A stretch of DNA of 64,000 bases from Hormiphora californensis (Eukaryota; Animalia; Ctenophora): contig CM035354.1 of the NCBI GenBank assembly GCA_020137815.1, positions 6,510,001 to 6,574,000 of the forward strand, read 5' to 3'. Shown one piece after another: positions 10,865 through 24,382 of this stretch. Under the pieces are notes generated by a model. That model saw only the letters and a program-made list of their open reading frames with translations, did not search any database and was not told the DNA's origin. Every line of letters begins with the position of its first letter. Within the stretch, counting starts at the first letter, position 1. Both the position numbers and the translations under genes were made by a program.

Positions 10865-13800
10865 TCAGGAAATCATATCGTTTCTAATGTTCAGGAAAAA
10901 CTTTACCCGCCCGCTCTGGTCGGCCGTTACAAATATCTGAGGGGGAAGCTAGGTTAGTTTCATTTCAAGAGGTCCTCAAAATAGGTACAAAGTAGATGGA
11001 ACAACAAGAATTTCTGGTCAAGAAATGAAAACAATATTATCCTACCTCTTTAATGAACCCCTCCCTATCAGTAAGAGGTTCAGGTGCAAAGGTAGCGCAC
11101 GTCACCCGGACCCTATGACTCCGGAACCGATAATAACAATCATTCTTGTCTCTCCGTAATTGCCGCTTTATGTTCTCTAGGAAAAGGGATTGAGCAAGGT
11201 TAGAATCCAAAATTGTAAGCTCTTCAAAACACTGACCATACTGCATAGCGTCAAATCTCGATAAAACTCCATCCTGGGCGGACTTACTTGCTGTAACGCT
11301 CGTGTCGGAGGGTGTTTTAGCATCCCAAAAGTAGATGAAACTCTTCTCATCCCCAGAAATGATGAGTTTGCCATCGTGCGAGAATCCAGAACGGATAATG
11401 GACTGTTGATGGAAGTAACCTTTGTACTTGCAGATCACCTGGCCTCGCTGAAAGAAAGGGTGGCGTTATAATCCTGGTTAACAAAACCATGGCAACCGCG
11501 ACCGCTCTTATCGAATAAAACTCCAGGCAACTTTTCTTGATTAATCCTGTCAGAAGTACCAACCTCAGGGTCGATGAGGCGGATTCTGCTATCACATGAT
11601 GTTATCAGAATATTCTTAGTGCCAGGTTTCTCCACAAAATTGGTTATCTTGCAACCCCGACCACGAAGTATCCTGGAAAATAATCTTGGAGGAGCAGTTC
11701 AGATCTTTCTGCTCCTTTATAAAAACAATCATCCGATATCCATACTTGCTCCTTCATAAAGATATTTACCGTGTTTGAATGTTAAACGATGTGAAATATT
11801 CAAAGGTTTTTCTGGGCGTAAGGAAGAGTATAGTCACATTTCCCATAAAGGTACCCACGAAGGCCCGGATAGAGTTATCGTTGTTGTACGACTGGAAATA
11901 CACAGCAGTAATGGATCCGTCGTCTCCGTGTCGAATCTGAAGGAAAAGTTGTTTAGAACACAGAAACTAATATGGCTTGATTAATTACAGCTAATTATTT
12001 CTAATCACTTGTTTTGGGCGCGGGGAGAAAGGGTCGAACAAGGTCACTAATTACTGCTAATTACTGCTAGTTAATGCTAATCACTGCTAATTGATCACTG
12101 CTAATCACCTCTTTGTTTGAGATCATCTTCCTATTCTTGGTGCTCCACAGCTGCAGTTTTCCATCCAGTGTCCCCGACATAAAGATGGTACAGTCGTAGG
12201 GATGGAATGTTACCGCTGCCATCTGGCTGTGTGGTATCGAGAAGATCAGGTTTGCCTGTGTAGGGAGATGGGTTAGATCGGGCTCACAGGATGTTATTAG
12301 TGCTCACAGGATTGAATTGTGATTAAAGAACTATGGAAATGTATCAAAATGACCTACCCGTGCTATATGCCACAGCGTAACGAGTTTGTTAGCCCCCGTC
12401 GACAACAGAAAATACTGACTGGGGCTCCAAGCCACATCAATGATCGGACTCCGTCCCTTATAAATCCGCAGAGGAACCTTAGCAAAGTATTGGAATCCAT
12501 CCTCCTCGCTCTCTTCTTCATCCTTCCCCGTGGGCCATTCTTCCGACTTGATATATTTCTGGAGAAAGTGTTCCCTCATCCGTTTTAGTACCCACACTTT
12601 CACAAACCCATCGTCGCCGGCAGTGGCCAGGAGACGCCCACCAGGGGCAAACTTCATGGCCCAAATGGATTTGGCGTGGTGGCAGTTTTCAATTGTTTGA
12701 AGTTCATACACCGCAAACCTGAGGAAAAGAGAAAGTTAATGTCTTGCCAATAACCCCTTTTTCCATTTTTCTACTCTCCAGTCTCAAAATATTCTAATTT
12801 ATTGTCCCTGATTCTAAAAACACGTACTTTCCATCAGTAACAAGGTTGTAACTGCGGTTGTGGAACACATTGACCATGTCGTAGGATCCCTCCTGGACCT
12901 GGTACTCAGGACTACTCTCCACCTCCTTCTTGGGCATCTTCATCTTCTTCACACCATCCTTCATACTCCTTACCCCACTCTTCATCCCTGTCTTCATACC
13001 CTTCACACTGCGCCGTGCAAACCGGGATACACCCTTCTTGAGGTGAACTGAACCCGATCTTTGGTGGTCCTCTGGGTCATCCTGGGGAGGGAGAGAGATA
13101 TGAGTGGGTAGAGGGCTGAGGGAGAGAGTGGGAAACAGAAACATGGAAGCGGTTTTATAATTATCTTGGTGGTATTTCCGCCCTTTCATTTAAACAGCAC
13201 AAAAACCGCAAATGCCTCGTCACTTAATTCAGTCTTTGGGAGTATTTAGAATATATGATGAATGAAAAACATTTTAAAACTCACCATATCGCCTGCACCG
13301 AGGGTGCTGATAGTGGCTCGAGAGGAGGCAAGTGAGCTCAGATCACTATCACTTCCATGAATCTTTATACCCAACCTTGGGCCCATTAGCTGCGTTACAG
13401 GGTCAGCCACTGGAAAATGTGGAAATTTTAATGACATATTAATTAGAAAGTAATACTGGAATAGTAAAAAGAAACTACGTTACAGAGTCTGTACAGAACC
13501 CTCTAGTTTCAATATCTTATCTATTGTCTGAATTTCTCATGACCTAATGATACCTTCGTATGCTCGGTCGAGGGTACACTCTTCTCCTGTATCCAGATTC
13601 TTAATTACAATCGATCGCAGGATGTCCTCTTCAGTCTGAGGTTAGGGAGACACATTAGTACGTAGTCGATAATGGTATTGAAACTCAATACTAAACTTGT
13701 TACACAAAAGACTGCACTCTCCGAATCGGGTCAGTGCCTGACAACTACTAATACAACCATTGATTTTACCTCGGTATTAATTTTGGGGGGAGCAGGTCGA

Positions 13801-14782
13801 GGTGGTGGTGCAGGAGCGTTATCGTTTCGTGGCCGCACCGGGGTCTGGTCCTTTGGAGTGCTGGTGCTGCCTTTGGATGACGGAGCGGAGGGTCTAGGGG
13901 GAGGAGTAGGAGGTGGGGGTGCGGGGCCAGATGTTGCAGCAGCAATAGCCTCACCTGAAATAAGTATGTTAGCTAGCCTATAGATGGTCTCAAATAGAGC
14001 CATATATGCACGCTGAGACAAGTTAGAATCAACCTAACCGAAAAAAAGAAAAGTATGGCTACAGAAATCAATGCCATCAAGGAGGGAGGGGTAACAAGCT
14101 CTGTGAGGGGATGGGGTGACTATCTCTCTGTGTAATACCTGATCCGGGACAGGTCACGAAGGAAGCATCAGCTGCATTGGGTGTCTGAAGGGGTGTTACC
14201 ATCATCGAGCTGCCTGTACTGCACGTGGGAGTCAGGTTGAAACACTCCGGCATCTCACGACCCTGTACTGGGGCGAGGTGGGGGTTAGACATGTTTAGGG
14301 GCGGAGGGGTGTTATAATAGACAACTTTGTGGGATATTCGTGATGATTGAAGTCTTCTTATCAATATCTCACGACTCACGCTATAACAAAACCACAGTTG
14401 TCTAAAAACATAGGGGTAGGAAACGTAAAAGAGGGAAACATAAAGAGGGTTACTCACTGGAAGCGACGGATCCCCTAGGAGTGCTTGTGACGGGTGATTC
14501 AGGTTGGACAGTCCTATCATCTACCAGCTCACTGACATCATCCCCCAGGGAGGCCAAGGGATCTGATCCATCTGTCTCGTCTTCTCCGTCTACCTCTGGA
14601 GTTGGGGGAGAGGGTTAGAGAGAGAGAGAGAGAGGGAGAGAGAGAGAGAGAGAGAGAAACAGAGCTAGACCATTACCTGTACATGTTGCCTCTATCTCCT
14701 CTAAGGCATCAAGAAATTCATCGTCACTACTATCGACATCTTCCGGCTCAGGGATTAAATTATGTACCGACCATTTCGACAT
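10865..14782 (-). CDS. WDR44: WD repeat protein 44 (Rab11 effector), multi-exon
   Basis: N-terminal FFAT-like SSDDEFLDALEE, Pro-rich segment, IVIKNLDTGE motif, WD repeats (IWAMKFAPGGRLLATAGDDG; ILITSCDSRIRL; CKYKGY..IRSGFSHDG); last exon IFVTADQSGRVKFF. Confidence 0.88.
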
Positions 14783-15476
14783 ATAACACACAAACGCTAT
14801 TTGAAGAGAGAGAATAAAGATGTTGGAGTTATCGGGGGAGTATCGATGGGGTATGGTTTAGGGAGATAGGACGATTGTGTGGGTAATGGGTATGTAACGG
14901 ACAGTAGCACTGGAACAGGTAATACCTGGCAACGAACCCGGGGTTTGATCTCATTGTCATCAACTTCATCAAGTTAGTTGATGACAATGGGATCAAATCA
15001 TCAACTTGATGAAGCAGAACACTGTTCATGTGTGCGGTACTGCGACTGGAGTGCTACTAAGCAAGAGGAGGGCGTGCGCGCGAAATGCTGTCAACCCCTA
15101 CTCCCCTCTCTTCCGAGACCTCCGCACGCTAGCGCACTGCAGCAGCCGACCAGCTAGGTTTTCTAGGTTGCTCTTTCCGACGCAGTTAGGAGCGTGCAGC
15201 AGTAGCACTGCAGTCTGATCTCACCTCTCTCTCTCTATTGAGATTATCTCTCTCTCTCTCACCCTTTCTCACTCCCACTCTCTCACTCTCTCCCCGCTCT
15301 CTCGACTCTCTGTCTGCGATTGTGTCTCGTTACCTGTCTCTATCTCATAACATTACTAGCGCATGGAGTCCATGCGTTACAATACCGTATAATACCGATG
15401 GAAAACTAAATTTAGTGTTCCTTTGTTGACCGCTACATACACAGATCTGCAGTAATGCACACTGAGAGAGAGAGAG

Positions 15477-15538
<62 letters not shown>

Positions 15539-16027
15539 GAGAGATAGTAAGAAAGATATAGTAAAGATAGAGGGATAGAGAGAAATTCAGGGAAATGGGG
15601 GGTTGGGAGAGAGAGATAGAGATAGATCTATCGTATTTTAGTGTACACAACAATAATTGAAGAAAAGTAAGGGGGAGTTGCAAAGAGGAGTTATCTCTCG
15701 CACACTTCCTCTTTACATCATCATACACACTCAATGAAACATTATCCACAAAAATTAAAATAGTACGAAAATTCCTTAAACTTTATAGAATTAAAGCATA
15801 TCAAAAATATTTCGCGTACGATCATCGCCTCCGCCCTCATTCATTCTTCGTCTTATTCTACTTGCACCATATAATAATAATATATCAGTGTAAGTGTTCA
15901 TTATATCATTCACATTATTTTCACACAAAAAAAACAAGAAATAAGCACACATTCGCACACACACACACACGCACTAAGGGGGAACACAACGGGGGCAAGC
16001 TAAAATTTATGTGTCTAAGGGGGATTG

Positions 16028-17265
16028 TTAGGAACCAGGCAGACACCGGTAAGGGACTAACAATTTAGTATCTAAATCACGAAACACACTACTCAGTGAA
16101 CACCGCTGATAATGTGTAATCAACTCGGCAATGGAAGGGAATGTCTTGGAGGGAGCAAGGTAGTACGTCCTCAACCCCTCGTTGTAGACAATCTTTATGT
16201 GTTTCACGGTCAGGTTGAACTTCAGGTCAATCGAGAATTGTCCAAGACGGTTCTTACTCTCCCGGACTAGATAGCACCCGTCCGGTACATTAGCTGCTTC
16301 TAACATCATCCTGGGAGAGAGGGAGGGGGTGAGAGGGAATGGGTGAGACACAGTATAGAGAGGAGTGAGAAGGAGTGAGAGAGAATTGGAGTGAGGGGGA
16401 ATGGGAGGGAAGGGGTGGAATAGATATAGAACAACTCCGGGAAAATAATAACAGAATATAATACGGTATTAAAGACATGGTCAGAGAACTGAAAAGTGTG
16501 TACTGTAGAAGAAGAAACATGTACATTGTGTACTATAAACAAAGAGAAAATTAGGTTTCATCAAAGATTGGTGTGCTATTTCACTTGTTTTGATAGTTAC
16601 AAAGATATGGAGAAACAAAAAAAGAGGAGAGAAAACGAACGAAAACATCAGGTTTAGTGACTAGGAAAAGAAGTTGGCATAAGAGAAAAATACAATTTAG
16701 AAACCAACACCCCTCTCTTCACGCGGTGAAAACCCAAAGAGTGCATTCACTTGACACACTTACAAACAGCCTCTTTTCCGGGGACAGCTATCACGCTGTG
16801 TCACACACAACTCAGGGATGCACAATTGTACTAGCTGGGGATCAAAGGGTTTTTGTTTTTCGGGCGTCAGAAGTTTTATATCTAATATGTCTTACAAAGG
16901 TCCAAAAAGGTCCACCCTCAAAAATTAGGGATTAATTTAGGGCTGAACCAGCTCCACTCCTTTACTACAGTAACGTGAAAACGTCAATACATCAAGTTCA
17001 TCGTCCAATTTTTGAGGGCTGGTTTAACGGGACTCAAGTTTGTTATCCAAGACGGGAGGGGAAAGAACGGAGATAATAGGCGTCATACTAGGATACATTT
17101 CTTTGTAACACCAAACGCTGTCAGAGAGTTTGTAAGACATAATCGCTGAGTGTAGAGTGGCGTTATTATGGCCATGACTATCACTGCTGCGTAATCTAAG
17201 TATGTAAAAACACACAGCCTATACTGTGTGTGACTTTCCGACGTAAATACACTGAGAAACGAAGG

Positions 17266-17340
<75 letters not shown>

Positions 17341-17343
17341 CAT

Positions 17344-17416
<73 letters not shown>

Positions 17417-18527
17417 TCTGCTAATAGTTCGAGTAAACATGACTATGCGCCATGATGGCGCTGCAATCTGCTGTACATGATTTGTTGTCGTTTGTCATAA
17501 CAAGGCAAACAAACAAACAAACAAACAAACAAACAAACAAACAAACAAACAAACAAACAAACAAACAAACAAACAAACAAACAAACAAACAAACAAACAC
17601 CCTGTATTACCTGCCACCGTGCCTGTCCATTTCACCCACATACCAGGGGTATGTACCAAGGGACTGATTAACAAAAAGAGGGCTGCCAGTTGAAGATGCA
17701 GCACCACGACTATCACACCTCTGAACGCTATACATTTTCACGTGATCCGAGGGAAAGTAACCGACTTGTCCGGATGCCTGGCTTTTACCCTTCCAGTACA
17801 TTTGGTGGTTCTTGTTTAGCACCTGGGGAGAGTTGATGGATTAGAGAAGAGGTACCTAGGATGTATTAATGGGTTAGAGGAGATGGAGATGCAGTTTGAC
17901 TTTTGAGAAGAGGGGAGATGGGGTGAGGCACCCGTTATTACGGGGTAAGATGAGCATTTAGCACCTAATAACAAGAGACGGGAGGAGGAGGAGGAGTGGA
18001 ATACCGTGGTCACTGCCTGGCAGCGGTGAAATGTATCTCTTAGAGGAAGAAACACATTGTGAGACAAGAAGCCAGTACAGTGGGAATGCTGCTGGCTGCA
18101 AGCCAAAATTGAAATCATAAAAAATTCCGCCTTTCTTGTTTTCTCGCCGCATGACCACCTGGCACATTAGCATTAGACCCACAGAGCACAGTGTAATGCA
18201 AAGAGAGCCACGGGTTTCGTGAGATGTATGTGTTTGTGTTCGACAAATAAAGCCATTGACACCTCTAATCTCTACCTTTCTCGTCTATTTTGCCAATCTT
18301 TGACTCACTCTCACTCTCTCAGTCCCCTCTCTCTCTCTCTCTCACTCACTCTCACAAACACTCTTTCTGAGTCTCTCTCTCTCTCTAGCTGTCGTTACTT
18401 TGTCTACGTCTCTCTGTACCATGGAAGGTACACGGCAGACATCGTTTACTGAAAAAAAGCTGCCGCCATCTAACCAGAAGCAGTAAACGGAATGCATGCG
18501 TCAGACTGAGGAGAGAAAGGGATAGAA

Positions 18528-18574
<47 letters not shown>

Positions 18575-21500
18575 AGAACAAGCAAGAGAGAAACCATGCG
18601 AATGGGGTAGATATATTAGGGAGAAGGGAGAGAGAGAGAGAGAAACATGACAGATATAGCTAGAGAGAAAGTAAAAAAGGGGGAATGAGGTAAAGTAAGA
18701 ACTGTAATTGTGACAGGTGGACACATCAACAGAGAGTTAGACAGCCAGCACTTTGTAGAGAATACCCTAGCCAACTGTACAGCACTTTGTACAATAAAGA
18801 ATACCCTAACTTACAGTACACACACCATCATGAAACCAACACCTGGTACCTATACAACTACCCAGTACGGAGTACCCTGACAGTCCACAGAAACACCCAC
18901 AGTCCAAACATGACACCTCTACAACAACTAAATACTCAGCAAAACTGACAACAGAAACAGTAAACGCCATTCTGCAACCAGCAAACAGGGAGTAACAAAT
19001 GATAGCACGGGGAAGTTACAAAAAAACAACCTACCTCAACAAATTCGCCAGTATTCAAAGCGATAGGAGGATCAAACAAATCTGAAATCCTGATTCCGTT
19101 GTAATCCCGAGTACACACGTAGAGGTCACCGTGTATCGTAAACTGTCCAGAGTCGATTGAAGCTGATCGGGAGCAGGGACCACTAATGGGTGTACCCGGT
19201 ATCGATCTTCTTTCTTGCTGTAGGGAGAAGTCGGGGTTTAGTTAGTGCTCTTTTAGTCAAAGAAATATTTAGAGAGGGAGAGAGAGGGGGAGAGAGAAAT
19301 AGTAAAAGACAGAGATAATACTCGTACCTTGAAGCTTGGTGCTCGTGGTGGAATAGGGGGCGGTGAAACATGAGACTCAGCCGAATCAAACTCCGTCTGA
19401 ACTGCACTGGCCCCAGGCAGGGGAGGTAACTCCTTGAATCCTTTACTTGACCGAGGGCTTTTACAGGGTTGAACCCGCAACTTGCACTGCCGGTGACAGG
19501 TTACCCCGCAGACAGTACAGACAATACCCTGGGCAAACTTGCCACTTAGCGGCTCCTGGCACATCATACACAGGGTCAGGGAGGGGAAATCATCGAGGAT
19601 GAACTTGTGTGGGTAGATGGAGTTGGATACAAGGAGATCCATGCCTTCCCTCAACTGAGTCAGCCAATTTCTATATAGTTCCTCTGTTTTTATCAGGATT
19701 GTATGGATTTTAGGGGTCTGTTCACCCATCCTTCGGAGATCATCCCTTGTCCTCATCACCCAACCAAAACTGTACTTTCCACCTGTTGATTCCAGCTCCT
19801 CCGCCAGCACATACGTCTCAAAATCGAGGGGTATATCAATCTCGAGTTGACTAGTAATTTCTCCCTTCTTGCATATTAGGATACACTTCTCAAATAGAAA
19901 AGCAAACCGTTTCGTGGCCTTGTTCCCCTTTTTAATCTGAATTTCACCATCTTTCAGCAATCTTCCGTAGCTGAACAAATTCTCGTCATCCAAGTTATGT
20001 AGGCGCTCCTCTACTGCTTTTGTTGCCAGCCAGTCCTCCACATTCCTCTTATACTCGTTAATAAAACTAGCCAGGTTCCTCATAACTCGGAGTCCCTCTT
20101 GTAGTGAATAGTTTGTGGGACATTCCTTGAGAAGGTTGTTTAGCAGGAGATGGTATTTTAGTATCCTCTGTGCGGGTACTTTCAACAGATCCTTCAGCCC
20201 AAACCTCTGGAGTGATTCCGACTGACATCGTACAAAATGTGGGGCTATCTTGCTGTTCTGCATCAACTCATCAATCTTCTCGGTGGCCTGGTCGAGAGAT
20301 GCACAGTAGGGACCGTACTTATAAAACATGTCAAGTGTCTTAACAAAGCACTCCCCAATTGTCTCCCCACCCCGGTCAATATCCCGTTTTAAACGTTGCA
20401 GCAACTTCTCGTGGATCGCCTTCAGCTCCTCAATGTTCTGGAACACAATCTTTATATCAGTGATAGTGAGAACAGGCCGCAACTTATCCAAGAAATGTAT
20501 TATGATCGTCTCCAGCATTTGTACGTAGTTCTTCTCCGATTCGAATATCTCATCAATGAGGTAGCCGCGAGTGTCTTGTGGCTTCCCCAGGCGAAACTGT
20601 TTGATCTTAAAGATATCTTCATAGATATTCTCTGTATGATCAAGGGCAGGTTCCTCTACCGTGATATCCAACAGATTCAAGTCGTCAATTCGGCTGTACA
20701 TGTCGCCAATGACGGACTCTGCCTCGGACGGAAGGGCAGTGTACATCTCCCTGTCTTGATCGAAGATCTGGAACGGTGCCAGTCCCTTACTGATTGCCTG
20801 CTGTGTCTGAGATAGCCGAGCTAACACGTCCAGAACCTGAATTGATGACAAGTGTTAGACTGGGTGTAATTTGCAAGTTGTATATAAACGGTATACAAGT
20901 GTTAGACTGGGTGTAATTTGCAAATGAGTGTATCTACGGTATACAAGTGTTAGACTGGGTGTAATTTGCAAATGAGTGTATCTACGGTATACAAGTGTTA
21001 GACTGGGAGTAATTTGCAAGTGTGTGTATATAAACTAGTAGAGTCGATAACTACATCGACCTCTCCCAATTGTTCCAGTTTTTGTCACATCTGTTTGGAG
21101 CCTCGACACGACCTCTAAACAGGTGTTACTTTTTCACAAACTGTTTTCATCTTGGTGTAATCAGCAGTTGAAATGTTGCTAATCATAACAAAAACCTGAC
21201 TAAATTTTTTCAACTTGGGGTAAAACCATGGGTGTCAAAAGTTAGCTCTAGGTCCCCTGAGTAACCATCCGGAGACTCTAAGAGATATTTCAAGCCGTTC
21301 TCCCGTAATCATTAATCCCGGTGGAGAAAAAAATACAATGCGGACGTACGTGAGCGCTGGCAGGCTGTTTACATGTTATTGTATGTCTCTCACTCTCTCT
21401 GGAAAAACCGCACGTGCGGTTGCGCCGCGCGAGATAACTCTTTCTCAAGGGGGAGAAAAGAGAGAGACGCACATTAACGTTATACATTAAAGTTGAGGTT

Positions 21501-22528
21501 GTAGGCAATTGCACGTACGTCCATACTCAAATATGTGCTCTACCGGGATTAATGATTACAGGAGAACGGCTTGAAATATCTCTTAGAGTCTCCGGATGGT
21601 TACTCAGGGGACCTAGAGCTAACTTTTGACACCCATGGTTTTACCCCAAGTTGAAAAAATTTAGTCAGGTTTTTGTTATGATTAGCAACATTTCAACTGC
21701 TGATTACACCAAGATGAAAACAGTTTGTGAAAAAGTAACACCTGTTTAGAGGTCGTGTCGAGGCTCCAAACAGATGTGACAAAAACTGGAACAATTGGGA
21801 GAGGTCGATGTAGTTATCGACTCTACTAAACGGTATACAAGTGTTAGGTTGTGAGTAATTTGCAAGTGTGTGTTATATACAATATATGTCTCGACAGTGA
21901 AAATGAGGGGTGATAGTTAAAGGTTGTCTGCACATAACTTGATACACACTACACACCTTGGCAAAGTTCTCCAACTCCCATAGCTCGGTTGCAGTGAACA
22001 GCTCCTCGTCGTGGTTAGGTTGTGAGTAATTTGCAAGTGTGTGTTATCTACATATATATGTCTCGGCAGTGAAAATGAGGGGTGATAGGTAAAGGTTTTC
22101 TGCACATAACTTGATACACACTACACACCTTGGCAAAGTTCTCCAACTCCCATAGCTCGGTCGCAGTGAACAGCTCCTCGTCGTGGGGAAATCCAAAGAA
22201 GGTTTTACACGTAGTTAGAAACAGGTCGATGTTTCCAATGCACATGAAAACCTTGTGAGGGCGAGCATCGTATGTTTTGATGGCACCCCGATGGAGAAAG
22301 TTCGCAACTTCACACAAGACCACGCCATTTATGAGCAGCTTCCCAAACTGCACTATCTCCTGCTCTTTTCGAGGGAGCTTTCCTGTAATAATTGTGGATA
22401 TTTACAAGGGGAAAAGGGTACACCTCCGTACATCATAGGATCACAGATTAGTACATACCTGTAGCGAAGAGCCAGTCTTGAGCCTTGTGCCATGGCTGCG
22501 GTGACAGTTGGCTTACGCTTCGGGCCAT
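16028..22528 (-). CDS. VAV: Vav family Rho-GEF (CH-acidic-DH-PH-C1-SH3-SH2)
   Basis: Exons 22528-~22459 (PWHKAQDWL), ~22383-22130 (CH: LINGVVLCEVAN...ELENFAK), 20836-19328 (acidic Tyr, DH, PH, C1), 19217-19035 and 17822-17611 (SH3, WYVGEMDR), 16310-16028 (SH2, YLVRES). Confidence 0.92.
17264..17412. repeat. (GA)n microsatellite
   Basis: Direct observation; similar long tracts near 15465, 25735, 26320, 38000, 44790 and 48150. Confidence 0.95.
17506..17599. repeat. (AAAC)n microsatellite in Vav intron
   Basis: About 23 tandem AAAC units. Confidence 0.95.
20846..21030. repeat. ~48-bp tandem repeat at the 3' end of Vav intron 2
   Basis: Unit ACAAGTGTTAGACTGGGTGTAATTTGCAA... repeated ~4 times and continuing after the 21036 insertion. 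Confidence 0.85.
21036..21828. mobile_element. 793-bp non-autonomous DNA transposon, ~290-bp TIRs, TAG...CTA ends, AAC TSD
   Basis: TAGTAGAGTCGATAACTACATCG...CGATGTAGTTATCGACTCTACTA; the empty site TAAACGGTATA is visible in the neighbouring repeat unit at ~20885. Confidence 0.9.
21840..22183. repeat. ~172-bp tandem duplication including the 3' end and donor of Vav exon 2
   Basis: 21840-22011 is nearly identical to 22012-22183 and includes ...GAGAACTTTGCCAAG|GTGTGT. Confidence 0.85.
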
Positions 22529-23682
22529 CGTCCGGGACTCATACCACTCTATTAAAAGTAAATGGATAAAAAGGAGTCATTAAAGAGCAGTTGGCAATAA
22601 TAAAGGCTACTCAGTAGTGTAGGCACAAAGCTGGTGATTCGGCCCTGTGCGAAGTTTGTCCGGGGCCAGGGCGGGCGGCGGCCGCGGTCGGCGGACGTAG
22701 GGGGCGTCCCCTCCCACAAGTAGGGCCGGCCGGAGCGCAGCCCCCGCGAGGCGAGAGTAGGTCAGCTCCACCCCTGTGCCCTGTGGCATGTGAATTTTGG
22801 AAACTTGCTTGGCCGTGGAAAACGCACGCACTTGGGGCCTGCAGCGCATACCAAGAAACTTGCAAGTTAAATCTTCAAATAAAAATAAATTATAATAAAT
22901 TACCCACACACCGTCATACTCTCATACTCCCTCTCTCTGCTCACTTGTCTCGAAAGTCTACATCTTCTACACTGACTGGGACAACCCTTCTCTTGGTTCC
23001 CCGAAGCGCAACAAGAGTTGATCTTAATAAACTGAATCGTGTCTTTTCTCGGATGAAGGACATGGTTTCAGCGTAACTCTCCTTGTGCCTGTCACAGATC
23101 TTCCTAGTTCCTGGCCGCTCGCTCCAAGAAACTTGCAAGTTGCACTTGGCATACGTTGCAGGCCCCTTATAATATAATATAAGGGGCCTGGAGGGAATAC
23201 CGCGCTGGAGGGGAATACATAATCAATCATATCTCCGGTTTCAGATAAGGTACAGAAATCGTTTTGGTAGCGTTGGAAAGAGGAAGATAACAGCTTTCAA
23301 ATGCAACCGGTTTCAGGTCTCTATCTTATCAGGAACAGGAGATATGAACCAAACTCCGCAAAATCGAGTGCGGTAAAATAAAAAATTCGAGATTTTAAAC
23401 AAAGTTTTGAAACAAAGTGTCCCTGCAGGGATCTGTGACGTCACTTTTTGAAAACAACCAATCTTTGAACGGTTATTGCTCAGCCTCCTGAAGTCCAATT
23501 AACTTCTCTCAAAAACAGCAAGGTAGATAATTGTCAGATCTAACAGCTAGTGAAAGAATCAAGTCAAACGGATTTCAGGGGCCAAAGTTATAAGCACCGC
23601 CGTTTTTTCGCTCGCAAAGTTATCTTCGACCCAGCCGGGCCCGTCCTGAGCTCAGGCCAAACGCGCGCGCGGCATTCCCTTG

Positions 23683-24382
23683 GAAAACGTTAAAATCTGG
23701 GTGCCTTCCATTGCTAACAATTCATCGATTTTGGCGGTCTAGACGGGTTAGGGCTGTTGTTAGGGTCGGGTTAGGGTTGGGGTTTGGGTTGGGGTTAGGG
23801 CTATCAATTCTCTATCAGATACCGTTTAGTTTACTCAAATCGGCCATGTGGTTGCGCGGCTATAGCCGTTTCAAAAAAGTGGGTCTAAGTGGTTTTAGGT
23901 GTACTTTTTTGGCAGCGCGCACCTGTAAACACGCTGCAAGGCACCCAGATTATAATCGCGCCCCATTCCCTTCAGTCCCCTCGTTGCGGGGGTGCGCGCA
24001 TGAGGGGGCTGCAGCGCATTCCAAAAGTTGCACCAAAAATTTTGAAAAATTTGGAACTTTTCAATTTTTTGCAAGTTTCAAAAACATGCCGCGCGCGGCG
24101 CGAAGCCGCGCATCACAAATGCAGCGTAATATTGAAAATAATCCGCGCGTTACTGTTATTTTGAACTTTGGCGTCGCAATTTTGAGTTCAAAAAATAGAA
24201 ATTCAGCTCAGAAGATTTTGATTTTTTTTTCGTCCGGACAAGTTGGCGGGCGCGATTATGAGGCCCCTCGGAAATGTTCAAGTCATGCACAATAGGGATC
24301 CCTAAAAAAGTTCAGTATTTACACAGAGTTTACACAGTCTTTACTCAGTCATTACACCCAGAGCGGCGCGTGCTGCGCGTTT
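23683..24382. mobile_element. Repeat with internal telomere-like GGGTTA tract, carrying a nested ~305-bp insertion
   Basis: Inverted homologue at 27238-27465 plus 29126-29262; diverged relative at 29415-29657; nested element ~23954-24257 with AATCGCGCCC/GGGCGCGATT ends. Confidence 0.7.

Noticed and set aside
17083-17440. ORFs rich in SLSLSL/ERERER here and elsewhere
   Set aside because: Translations of (GA)n/(CT)n microsatellites.
23744-23800. TTAGGG-like repeats as telomere or chromosome-fusion scar
   Set aside because: Short, degenerate and embedded at the same position in a dispersed repeat family.
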